Source of the DNA: Candidatus Latescibacterota bacterium
GTDB lineage: Bacteria > Latescibacterota > UBA2968
Length of the DNA: 64,000 bases
Direction: 5' to 3'
NCBI GenBank assembly: GCA_965262145.1
Contig: OZ253501.1
Span: forward strand, 2,148,946 to 2,212,945
The notes under the pieces were generated by a model, which saw nothing but the letters and a program-made list of their open reading frames with translations, was not told where the DNA came from and did not search any database. Shown here in pieces: positions 9,655-18,332 of the stretch (position 1 is the stretch's first letter; the number at the start of each line of letters is the position of its first letter). The translations under genes and the position numbers were made by a program.

Positions 9655-10868
9655 AAATGCTCAAAATAGCATTTCGCAATATCTTTCGCCAAAAGCGTCG
9701 CACTGTATTGACCTCGCTTGCACTGATCGTCGGGTTCACGCTCTCGTCGGTCTTTATTGGCTGGTCAGATGGCGCGTATTCGGACATTATTTCAATGTTC
9801 ACGCGGAATCGCATCGGGCATATTCAGGTGCATCGCGCGGGCTATCTCGACAAGCCATCGCTTTACGATGTGATCGACAGTTATGAATCCATTGGCGAGA
9901 AGATTGCCAGCGTTAATGGGGTAGAGGCGTGGACGCCGCGCATCTATTCGGCGGGACTCGGTTCGGTGGGCGATAAGACGATGGCGGTGCAAATCATCGG
10001 CGTCGATGTGGGGCGCGAGGTGAAGGCTACGCGATTTGATCGAAAGGTTATCAATGGGGCGATGTTTTCAGATGCTGCCGCGCGCGAAGCGATTCTCGGC
10101 GTTGGGTTAGCGCGCATCTTGAAAGCGGGTGTTGGCAGTGAAATTGTGCTCGTCACGCAGGGTATTGATGGCGCGATCGCCAATGATTTGTACACGATTA
10201 TCGGCATTGCGGAAAGCGGCGACAAAGCGACTGATCGAATGGCGTGCTATCTCAACATCGATGACGCACAGGACTTGCTCGTGCTCGTCGGGCGCGTTCA
10301 TGAAATTGTGGTGATCGCCGAAGCATTGGATCGCGTCCCTAAAATCACCGCGGCGATTGAGGCGCAGCTCAACGATGCAACGCTTGAGGTGTCGCCGTGG
10401 CAAGTCGTTGCCAGGTCATTTTACCGCGCGATGCAGGCCGACAGGCAGGGCGACCTCGTCGGGCGTATGATTATTATGCTGATTGTCGCTATTGGCGTAT
10501 TGAACTCGGTGCTGATGTCGGTGCTGGAGCGAACGCGGGAGTATGGCGTGTTGAAAGCGATGGGGACAAAACCGAGGCAGATTTTCGGGGTGGTGGTGGT
10601 CGAGGTGGTGTTCATCGCGCTTGGCAGCATTGTCATTGGCGCGCTGTTTGGCGCGGGTCTCAACTATTTGCTGTCGATTTACGGTATCTCACTGCCGCAC
10701 GAGTTCTCCTATGGCGGCATGGCGTTTCAAAAAATGTATGCCACTGTCAGCGTGCGAAGTCTCACCATTCCCGCGATTACAGTCCTTGTCTCAGCAATTG
10801 CGGTCAGCCTGTTCCCCGCGCTGAGAGCGGCGCGAATTGCTCCGGCCAGCGCGATGAGAACGCATTAG
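9651..10868 (+). CDS. ABC transporter permease, FtsX/MacB/LolCE-like
   Basis: N-terminal TM, large periplasmic domain, and a C-terminal FtsX domain with 3 TM segments. Confidence 0.85.
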   Translation: MKMLKIAFRNIFRQKRRTVLTSLALIVGFTLSSVFIGWSDGAYSDIISMFTRNRIGHIQVHRAGYLDKPSLYDVIDSYESIGEKIASVNGVEAWTPRIYSAGLGSVGDKTMAVQIIGVDVGREVKATRFDRKVINGAMFSDAAAREAILGVGLARILKAGVGSEIVLVTQGIDGAIANDLYTIIGIAESGDKATDRMACYLNIDDAQDLLVLVGRVHEIVVIAEALDRVPKITAAIEAQLNDATLEVSPWQVVARSFYRAMQADRQGDLVGRMIIMLIVAIGVLNSVLMSVLERTREYGVLKAMGTKPRQIFGVVVVEVVFIALGSIVIGALFGAGLNYLLSIYGISLPHEFSYGGMAFQKMYATVSVRSLTIPAITVLVSAIAVSLFPALRAARIAPASAMRTH

Positions 10869-10881
10869 GAAATTTATATTT

Positions 10882-12111
10882 ATGTCCTGGATATTGATAA
10901 AGCTCGCGTGGAAGAATATCTTGCGGCATAAACGCCGTTCCATCATTGCTGCGACAGCTATGGGAATCGGGCTTGCAGCACTTATCTTTGCCGATGCGCT
11001 CTGGTTGGGGATGGAGCGAAATATGGTCAAAACGGCGACGGCGTCATTTCTGGGAGATGGGCAGATTCATCGAGAAGGGTTTTCCGACGAACAAACGGTC
11101 GAGTTGACGATTAACCAACTCGATGCGGTTGTTGACAATCTTCGGCGAGAAGGCGTGGTGGCGCACTTCACTTTGCGGACATTCGCCTTTGGCATGATAA
11201 CCTCACCTGGAACTGTCGCGGCGATTAATCTCGTGGGCGTCGAGCCATCCACGGAGCGGTATCTGTCCCAAATTGACGATGCGATCATTGAAGGCGCTTA
11301 TCTTGAGGGATTAAATCCTCGGGACATCGTCATCGGCGAGGAACTTGTGGAACGCCTCGAGGTGGGGTTAAACGACAGGATTATTGTGACTGTAGCGCAA
11401 GCCGGGAGCAGCGATCTCTCGCAGGAGATGTTTCGCGTCTCTGGTATCTACCGTTTTGCCGATGAAGAGATGAATAGCGGCATGGCGTTCATTCGATTGG
11501 AGAAGGCGCAACAGATGCTCGCACTCGGCGCGGATGTACACGAGATCGCGCTGAAGTTTATCGATTCGACATCCGCCCAGGATCAGAACCTGCCGTTTTG
11601 GAAAACCTATTCACAAGGCGGGAACAAAGCGCGCAGTTGGACAGAGATTTTGCCAGAGGTGCAAGCGATGTTCGAGATGTCGAAGTTCAGCAAGTACATT
11701 ATGGGCATCGTGCTGTTTGGCGTGGTTGTTTTTGGGATTGTCAATACGCTGTTTATGTCGCTTTACGAACGGATGTTTGAATTTGGCGTGTTGCGAGCGA
11801 TTGGTACGCGGCCGTTTGGCATGGCGCGGTTGATTCTGTTTGAGGCGGGGGCATTGGCAGTTCTCAGCATCATTTTGGGCACGATTTTTGGTTTCTTTGT
11901 TACCCTGATTTTCGCAACGATTGGTATTGACTATACAGGGATTGAGATGATGGGCATCACCATGCAGGAGTTGATCTATCCGGCCATTCGTATCCAGCCG
12001 TTCATTTTTTATTCGATTTGGATCTTTGTCTTCACACTCGTTACGGGGCTATACCCGGCATGGTATGCGGCGAAGATGTCTGCGGCAACGGCAATGCGAA
12101 AGAGTTTTTGA
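10882..12111 (+). CDS. ABC transporter permease, FtsX/MacB/LolCE-like (second copy)
   Basis: Same architecture as the preceding permease (LAWKNILRHKRRS...FtsX C-terminus). Confidence 0.85.
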   Translation: MSWILIKLAWKNILRHKRRSIIAATAMGIGLAALIFADALWLGMERNMVKTATASFLGDGQIHREGFSDEQTVELTINQLDAVVDNLRREGVVAHFTLRTFAFGMITSPGTVAAINLVGVEPSTERYLSQIDDAIIEGAYLEGLNPRDIVIGEELVERLEVGLNDRIIVTVAQAGSSDLSQEMFRVSGIYRFADEEMNSGMAFIRLEKAQQMLALGADVHEIALKFIDSTSAQDQNLPFWKTYSQGGNKARSWTEILPEVQAMFEMSKFSKYIMGIVLFGVVVFGIVNTLFMSLYERMFEFGVLRAIGTRPFGMARLILFEAGALAVLSIILGTIFGFFVTLIFATIGIDYTGIEMMGITMQELIYPAIRIQPFIFYSIWIFVFTLVTGLYPAWYAAKMSAATAMRKSF

Positions 12112-12123
12112 AGGAGATTTCCG

Positions 12124-12815
12124 TGGCACCTGTGATTGTGACAGAAGGGGTGACCAAAGTGTATTCGGGCAATGGCGTGCCCGTTCACGCCTTGCGCGGG
12201 ATTGATCTCACCATTGAGCGCGGCGAATTTACGGCACTGGTTGGGCCATCTGGGTCCGGAAAAACGACTTTTCTCAATATTATCTCTGGGCTGGATACAC
12301 CAACGGACGGGAAGATATGGCTCAATGACAAACTTTTGTCGCGCATGAGCGGTAACGCACTTTCGGATTTTCGGCGGGATAATATTGGATTTATTTTTCA
12401 AGCGTACAATTTGATTCCGGTGCTAACCGTCGAGGAGAATATCGAATATATCATGATCCTGCAAAAGTTGCCCAAATCTGCACGGCATGAGCGCGTGCTG
12501 GCAATACTGGAAGAGGTGGGGCTGGGCGGGATGGCGAGTCGCAAGCCGACTCAACTTTCGGGTGGGCAGCAACAGCGGGTCGCGATTGCACGGGCCATGG
12601 TGTCTCAGCCGGCGATTATTTTGGCGGATGAACCGACAGCGAATCTCGATTCAAAGATCGGCGCAGAGTTGCTCGATATGATGTATCGGCTCAATACACA
12701 GACTGGTATGACATTTATTTTTTCGACACACGATCCGATGGTGATGGCGCGCGCGAGGCGGTTGATTATGCTGAAGGATGGGCAGATTGAGCGCGATGAG
12801 GTGGGGACGTCATGA
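12124..12815 (+). CDS. ABC transporter ATP-binding protein (LolD/MacB-NBD-like)
   Basis: Walker A GPSGSGKTT, signature LSGGQQQRVAIARA and Walker B ILADEPT. GTG start with AGGAG 7 nt upstream; the ORF-track start at 12018 overlaps the permease and is unlikely. Confidence 0.85.
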
Positions 12816-13882
12816 GATGGCTCGTTGGGCCAATGATCGTGCTTTTGCCACATGTTGGCATGGCTGCACAACTGAGCGGTTTTTACAAGAGTTTTTCCGT
12901 TGGCTTTGATTCGCCCCAAGCAGGCGACCCTATGACGGGTATGGTGAGTAATCGGCTGCGGCTTAATCTCGCCGATTCATTCAGTGAGCACCTGTCGTTT
13001 GATCTCGGCTACGACTTTATCCTGCGTATTCAGGATCCGTCGCTATTTGAGAATCAGGCGGAGGTCGCCAGCATCGATCCGCTCGATTATCGTATTGCCG
13101 ATCTGGATTCGCCTGTCTATCCCGGCGGCAATGATCCCATCGGTAGCGTTGGCGTGTTTCAAAATCTCGACCGCGCGAATGTAACAGCGCGTCTGGCATT
13201 TGCAGATGTGATTCTCGGACGCCAGGCGATTGCGTGGGGAAGTGCGCGGGTTATCAATCCGACGGATGTGATCGCGCCGTTTACATACGGCGAATTGGAC
13301 ACGGAAGACCGCACCGGTGTCGATGCTTTGCGGGTGCGCGTCCCGATCGGAGCACTGGGCGAAGTTGATGCGGGTTATGTGTTTGGTCGAGACTTTGCGG
13401 CTGATCGGAGTGCGTTTTTTGTCCGCAGTCAATTCAATGCGGCGGAAACCGATCTGTCGCCGCTGTTCGTCCGATTCCGCGAACAATTGCTTGTTGGCAT
13501 TGACGTCGCGCGTGGCATTGGGGGTTTTGGGGCGTGGGTAGAGGGTGTTCGCGTTTTTACGATGGGGCGAGATGCCGCGATTAGCGACTATTTTCGCGTA
13601 TCTACGGGTATGGATTACAGCTTTGGCGGTGAGACTTATGGATTTATCGAATACCACTTCAACGGAGCGGGGGTGCGCAATCCAGAGGATTATGTCACCA
13701 ACTTAGATCGCCCGACATATCGCGATGCTGCTGTCTATCTCATGGGTACTCACTACTTCGCGCTCGGCACCACCCATCAACTCACGCCGCTGATCGCGTT
13801 GAGCGGGCAGTCTCTTGCCAATCTCACCGACCCGTCGTTCTTTTTCTCTTCTATGATTGAGTCCGCTCCGAAAAGGGTGTAA
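12812..13882 (+). CDS. outer-membrane beta-barrel protein of the ABC export operon, 3' end disrupted by IS insertion
   Basis: Start overlaps the ATPase stop (ATGA). The body has an alternating beta-strand pattern. The last 7 codons (ESAPKRV*) are read from the IS inverted repeat. The native C-terminus (MIEYNIAQ...FAFRIYY*) lies at 15692-15838 on the far side of the IS. Confidence 0.65.
   Translation: MRWLVGPMIVLLPHVGMAAQLSGFYKSFSVGFDSPQAGDPMTGMVSNRLRLNLADSFSEHLSFDLGYDFILRIQDPSLFENQAEVASIDPLDYRIADLDSPVYPGGNDPIGSVGVFQNLDRANVTARLAFADVILGRQAIAWGSARVINPTDVIAPFTYGELDTEDRTGVDALRVRVPIGALGEVDAGYVFGRDFAADRSAFFVRSQFNAAETDLSPLFVRFREQLLVGIDVARGIGGFGAWVEGVRVFTMGRDAAISDYFRVSTGMDYSFGGETYGFIEYHFNGAGVRNPEDYVTNLDRPTYRDAAVYLMGTHYFALGTTHQLTPLIALSGQSLANLTDPSFFFSSMIESAPKRV
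13858..13875. repeat. IS left terminal inverted repeat
   Basis: tGAGTCCGCTCCGAAAAG; pairs with 15674-15691. Confidence 0.8.
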
Positions 13883-15690
13883 TAGAGTGTAATAGAGAGT
13901 ATAGGTTTTTTGTGAGCGTTGGGTCTGTCTGTGTCGCCTTTGGTGGTGACGTATGGTATTGGGGTCGTGTATAGAGTGCCCGTGCTTTGCAGGCGTGCTG
14001 ACGAGGTTACAACGTGCATGTTTGGGTCAACAGGGTGCACCTATTGGGGGGTCTTCATTTGGCTGGGCGAGATAATTCTTGATCCTTACCAGATTGATCC
14101 ATAAACTGCGACACCATGCCCAGACTTGATGGGGCAAAAGCCGACGATAACGCGTTTTACCCCCTGTTGTATGATAGCTCAACTGGAAGATGCTGGCCTC
14201 AACATTATGGCGTCGATTGCGGATGTGCACAGGCATGTCTTCAATCTGTTTTCGCCGGTGATAGGCAAGGATGTCTTGTTGGGTAATATATCGCGGCTTC
14301 CCTGCGATGAAGAGTTTGTATTTGCCCGGTTTATATTCTTGTGCAAGCTGAATTTCTCCACTGTGTCGATCAATGACTTCAACCCCTTCTTCTGTGCGTT
14401 CATATATCAAACGTCCCGGTCTGCCTTGTAGCCCACTGTAATAGAATTGCTTGTCCTCTTTGTCGGCATACGCACTGTTGCAAGCCGCATGGTAAGCCCC
14501 ATCCATCGACACGTCCGAGACCTGTCCGACCACCTCCTGTGTCCGTTCTATGGCCGGTTGGACAAAAGCGTTATCCGCAGCCGTTGCCGCTTTGACTTCT
14601 ACATCCGTGATCAAATTGAGGCCCTCCCCATCACAGGTCTCAGTGAGATTGACACTATATCCCTTGACCTTTTGCACCCCTTTTCTGCGAAAGGTCGCAT
14701 CTGGATCATGGACAGACTGTAAGGAGGAAGAAGAAATAGATTGTGATGGCTTGGGAAGCACTGATTTTTCACTGGCGGAGACACTGACGGTGTATTGGTC
14801 AGAAAAAATACGCACGATGAGACCATATTCATCGCTGTCTTTCTCCTGATAGGCCGCCAACAGTCTGCACAGTAACAAACCGAGGGCTTCGAGCTTCTCC
14901 CCTTTTTCTGCACTGCTGAGTGGATACCCAACCTGATGCGGCTTCACCTTGAGCAAGGCGTCCAAAACCTCGCGGTCTGCTGCGCATAATCGTTCCTTTG
15001 CGCCCTTGTCTAACGAGCCCCAGAACCCTTGTAAGCACCCAATGACCAACTGCAAGCGACAACAGGTGGCAATATTGGCGCCGATTAACTTGCTGTCCAT
15101 TCGCACCTGCTGACCCGTCACGCCAAAGACTTTAGCCTGTGTCTTGGTTAAGCTGGAAAACGTCTCCCCAATCAGATTGCGACCCCTTTGCAGGCCATAG
15201 GCATACAGGGACTGCTTGAACAGATAATACGTCGAAGCCACAGGCACCTCATCCGACAGATTCATCAACCCTAAAGCACGCATCACCAAGATGTTGAATC
15301 CACACTGCTCAAAAAGTTGCGCATCGCTCCACCCAAAGCCCTCTTTCAAGATCATCATCGACACCAAGCGGCGCACAGAAGCATTGGGACGGCCTTGCTC
15401 ACGATCAAACAAGACCGAAAAGACATCTTCATCTATCTTGCAGGTAATATGTGCGTAGAACACATTATGCCAAGCACTCGGATCATTCAACTGCGCCTGC
15501 TTGCGCCCTTTGAAATGGGACTCAAAACTCGAAAACAGATCCGGTTGGCTTGATGGGGCACTTCTTCTAAACATTGCGATACTCCCACAGGATTACTTTA
15601 TAGGTTATACATCCGTTACGAGGCCACAGCCTCACACACGTAATTTAACTCTTTTTACATAAAAATAAAATCGACTTTTCGGAGCGGACT
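13859..15690. mobile_element. insertion sequence (~1.83 kb), IS1182/IS5-superfamily-like, with 17-18 bp perfect terminal inverted repeats and a target-site duplication
   Basis: The left end GAGTCCGCTCCGAAAAG (13859-13875) is a perfect reverse complement of the right end CTTTTCGGAGCGGACTC (15674-15690). Flanking direct repeat ATGATT(GA) lies at 13853-13858/60 and 15691-15696/98. A single 515-aa DDE transposase ORF lies inside. The insertion splits the OMP reading frame exactly at the duplicated MIE codons. Confidence 0.8.
14027..15574 (-). CDS. DDE transposase (IS1182/IS5 superfamily-like)
   Basis: 515 aa. The motif SVHDPDATFRRKG...GYSVNL resembles the D-x-DA-x-x-K/R...GYK core of IS1182/IS4-IS5 transposases. 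Lies between the terminal IRs. Confidence 0.8.
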   Translation of the reverse strand: MFRRSAPSSQPDLFSSFESHFKGRKQAQLNDPSAWHNVFYAHITCKIDEDVFSVLFDREQGRPNASVRRLVSMMILKEGFGWSDAQLFEQCGFNILVMRALGLMNLSDEVPVASTYYLFKQSLYAYGLQRGRNLIGETFSSLTKTQAKVFGVTGQQVRMDSKLIGANIATCCRLQLVIGCLQGFWGSLDKGAKERLCAADREVLDALLKVKPHQVGYPLSSAEKGEKLEALGLLLCRLLAAYQEKDSDEYGLIVRIFSDQYTVSVSASEKSVLPKPSQSISSSSLQSVHDPDATFRRKGVQKVKGYSVNLTETCDGEGLNLITDVEVKAATAADNAFVQPAIERTQEVVGQVSDVSMDGAYHAACNSAYADKEDKQFYYSGLQGRPGRLIYERTEEGVEVIDRHSGEIQLAQEYKPGKYKLFIAGKPRYITQQDILAYHRRKQIEDMPVHIRNRRHNVEASIFQLSYHTTGGKTRYRRLLPHQVWAWCRSLWINLVRIKNYLAQPNEDPPIGAPC

Positions 15691-15691
15691 C
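15674..15691. repeat. IS right terminal inverted repeat
   Basis: CTTTTCGGAGCGGACTCa is the reverse complement of the left IR. Confidence 0.8.
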
Positions 15692-15838
15692 ATGATTGAA
15701 TACAATATCGCGCAGGATTTCTACCTTTCTGCGGGCGCGTTTATCGGCATTGGCGATCGCCCGAAAGGTGAGGATTTCCAATCCGAGTTTGGCGGGTATT
15801 CCAATATCCTGTTTTTTGCGTTCCGAATTTACTATTGA
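15692..15838 (+). pseudogene. displaced 3' end of the IS-interrupted outer-membrane beta-barrel gene
   Basis: Encodes MIEYNIAQDFYLSAGAFIGIGDRPKGEDFQSEFGGYSNILFFAFRIYY*, ending in an aromatic-rich beta-signal-like C-terminus. It begins with the duplicated target site ATGATTGA. Confidence 0.6.
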
Positions 15839-15948
15839 TTGGCGCAATCCAGACTTGTATCATTTTTCTTGACTTCGCCTTCACAAGGCGTTTTCATATC
15901 AGCGAATCTGAGACAACTGATAACAGTTTTTTATTAGGAGGTAACACT

Positions 15949-16812
15949 ATGCATGTGGGTATGCGAATCCCGCCGATGGGTCGGGAAATGGGGTTGGAAG
16001 GCATTATTCAGTGGGCAGCAGAAAATGGTTTGGGATCAATTGATTTGCCGGAAGTAGATGCTGAAATTCGCAAAATATGTGACAGTGCTGAAATTGGGAT
16101 TGGTACTGTAGATTGGGGGGCAGGAGGTGGGTTATTGAGCAAAGATGCCAGTGCGCGCGAAGAAGCTGTGGCTGCGATGAAAGCGCGTATTCAGGCAGTT
16201 GGCAAATACGGTTCAGGGGTGATTTTTTTGTGTTTGGCTCCCGACGACCGATTGCAGGCGCGGGCCGAAACATTTGAGGTGTTCAAACAGGTCTATCCAG
16301 AGATTGTGAAAGAGGCAGAAGCACACGAGGTTTTTCTCGCCATTGAACCCTGGCCTGGCCCGGCACCTGCGTATCCGAATTTGGGTTGTACGCCCGAAAC
16401 TTTGCGGGCGGTTTTTGAGGTTGTTCCGTCACCCAATCTGGGAATTTGTTATGATCCGTCGCATTTTGCGCGCATCGGCGTTGATTACAAGCGGGTGTTG
16501 ATGGAGTTCGGCAGTCGGGTGCGGCATGTGCATGCAAAGGATACCGAGTTATTGGCGGATGGACTGTACGAGTTTGGCTGCCTGGGCCAATCGTTTGGTC
16601 AGCGCTATGGTTATGGCGAAGGGTGGTGGCGTTACTGCATTCCCGGATGGGGTGTGGTGGATTGGAAATGGGTGATTGCGCGTCTGGAAGAAGTAGGCTA
16701 TGACGGACCGCTGTCTATTGAATTGGAAGACCACCGCTACAGCGGCAGTGCCAAAAAGAATGCGGCGGGTGTTTTGGCAGCGAAAAGCTATCTCGAAGAT
16801 GTTTTGGGATAA
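15949..16812 (+). CDS. sugar phosphate isomerase/epimerase (xylose-isomerase-like TIM barrel)
   Basis: AGGAGG lies 8 nt before the ATG at 15949; the ORF track starts earlier at 15835. Motifs typical of AP-endonuclease-2/TIM-barrel isomerases (FLAIEPWP, HVHAKD, SIELEDH). Confidence 0.75.
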   Translation: MHVGMRIPPMGREMGLEGIIQWAAENGLGSIDLPEVDAEIRKICDSAEIGIGTVDWGAGGGLLSKDASAREEAVAAMKARIQAVGKYGSGVIFLCLAPDDRLQARAETFEVFKQVYPEIVKEAEAHEVFLAIEPWPGPAPAYPNLGCTPETLRAVFEVVPSPNLGICYDPSHFARIGVDYKRVLMEFGSRVRHVHAKDTELLADGLYEFGCLGQSFGQRYGYGEGWWRYCIPGWGVVDWKWVIARLEEVGYDGPLSIELEDHRYSGSAKKNAAGVLAAKSYLEDVLG

Positions 16813-16839
16813 AGCACTTTTTAATAACATGTTATTCAA

Positions 16840-16885
16840 AAAATCCTCCACGAGAAATTGCTTGTGGGGGATTTTAGTTTTTCGC
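16840..16885. terminator. bidirectional Rho-independent terminator between convergent sugar-isomerase gene and the TIR/ATPase operon
   Basis: Stem aaatcctccac / gtgggggattt (one G-U pair) flanked by A-run and T-run on both sides. Confidence 0.5.
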
Positions 16886-17102
16886 TTAAATAGCTCGCTA
16901 TTCTGGTTTTAAAGGCATTCCATTTTCATAACTTTTTTAATTCCTCTTCAAGGTTTTCCACTGCCTCTATAGCCTCGGAAATCTCTTTTTTTATGATGTT
17001 GACAATGGTAGCATGGCTTAGCGGGTTCAGGATAATTTTGCGGTACAGTTCAATCTCGTTAATGAGAGACTCTTGTAAAAAGTCTCCATCTTTTATAGGC
17101 GT

Positions 17103-18332
17103 CTAGAAATCGTCACTTGGCAATTTCTTCGGATCTTCGGAGTAGCGGACAGGAAGTCTCTTTTTGTCGCAAAATTTCTTGATTGCCTCTTCAAAAGCGG
17201 TGCGAAGGTAAATTGCACAGGCTTTGTAGTCGTTGGCAGCGAAATACTCCTTCGCCTTTTCAAGATACGCTCGATCTTCTTCATAGACCGGAATTTCGTT
17301 TTTTGGAGTTTTTCTAAAGTAGAATTCAGCGTATTTCCATTTGCTATCTTCCGTCCGCTGCCTGACAATTTCATACCAGGTGCGATCATAGGTCAGGAAA
17401 AATATCTGATAATCAGAGAAGTATTCTTCTAAAATGTCAATCACCGGCAAGCGGTTTGACATGTCCAGGCCGATTAGCACATCATCCAATGCCAGAATTT
17501 TCATATCGCTTTCTGGCTGAACCAGTATTGACGAAAAGTAAATCGCAATAGCAATCGCGGACAGTTTTGCTTCATTCAGGAAGCGGTGATGTAAAGGGAT
17601 GTCTTTGTCAAAGAACTTGACCTTCAAGAGTATCTGCTCACCATCAAGCGTTTTTCTGGCGCGATTATATGTGATACCCTGAAAGTCGAAGTCGATGACA
17701 ATGTCGTATCCAAATTTTTCGAGGATTTCGAATGCTTTCGTTTGCAATTCTGTTAATCTGTCTGCTAATTCGAGGTTGAAATTCTCTATCTGTTCTTCAA
17801 GAATTGCAATTTGATTTGTCGCGCTTCGGCGTGGAAATGGTGGCTGAATGTCTTCCCAATCGTCGGCAAGGTTTCGACCTGTCAGAGCACTGATAGTATT
17901 TGCCAGGAGATTCTTAACCAGCAAATCGAAAACATTTACAATACCACTTTCGCGATGGACATAGTGTGTATCCAGAAGTGCCTTATAGTCGAGGAATCCC
18001 TTTGACTTTGATGCTTCAATAAACAGAGGATCATTTGTCTCTTTAACGTTCTGTGACCATTTGTAGGTTTGTTCATTTGACCGTCGGTCAGCGCGGAGAT
18101 GTAGTTTGATGTAGCCAGCATCCGCAATAAAGATGTTCTGATAGTTTTCAAATTGGTAGGAATCATCCTCACTCGATTCAAGAAAGCATTCTAACGCGAG
18201 ATAGAGAGATGATTTCCCACTTCCATTTTCACCATAGATTAGCAGATTTTTTCCTGCCCTATGCAGATTGATTTGATATGTCCCATAAAAGGCTCTGAAA
18301 TTTTTTATTTCAATTTTGGTAATTCTCACCAC
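17103..18332 (-). CDS. SMC/RecF-like ABC-type ATPase (AAA_15/AAA_23-like), second gene of a TIR-effector operon
   Basis: N-terminus ITKIEIKNFRAFYG...LIYGENGSGKSSLYLAL (Walker A), ABC signature-like LNEAKLSAIAIAIY, Walker B/D-loop ILALDDVLIGLD. GTG start overlaps the TGA of the upstream gene (GTGGTGA), indicating translational coupling. GC ~38-42%. Confidence 0.8.
   Translation of the reverse strand: MVRITKIEIKNFRAFYGTYQINLHRAGKNLLIYGENGSGKSSLYLALECFLESSEDDSYQFENYQNIFIADAGYIKLHLRADRRSNEQTYKWSQNVKETNDPLFIEASKSKGFLDYKALLDTHYVHRESGIVNVFDLLVKNLLANTISALTGRNLADDWEDIQPPFPRRSATNQIAILEEQIENFNLELADRLTELQTKAFEILEKFGYDIVIDFDFQGITYNRARKTLDGEQILLKVKFFDKDIPLHHRFLNEAKLSAIAIAIYFSSILVQPESDMKILALDDVLIGLDMSNRLPVIDILEEYFSDYQIFFLTYDRTWYEIVRQRTEDSKWKYAEFYFRKTPKNEIPVYEEDRAYLEKAKEYFAANDYKACAIYLRTAFEEAIKKFCDKKRLPVRYSEDPKKLPSDDF

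Noticed and set aside
12018-12123. ORF-track start of the ABC ATPase at 12018, overlapping the permease by 94 nt
   Set aside because: A GTG at 12124 directly follows the permease stop and has an AGGAG 7 nt upstream. The N-terminal extension (MDLCLHTRYGAIPGM...) has no counterpart in ABC NBDs.
17093-17389. 98-aa minus-strand ORF overlapping the 3' end of the ATPase
   Set aside because: It is in a different frame entirely inside the ATPase gene, with a basic low-complexity product. The informative signal there is the in-frame continuation in the ATPase frame, reported separately.
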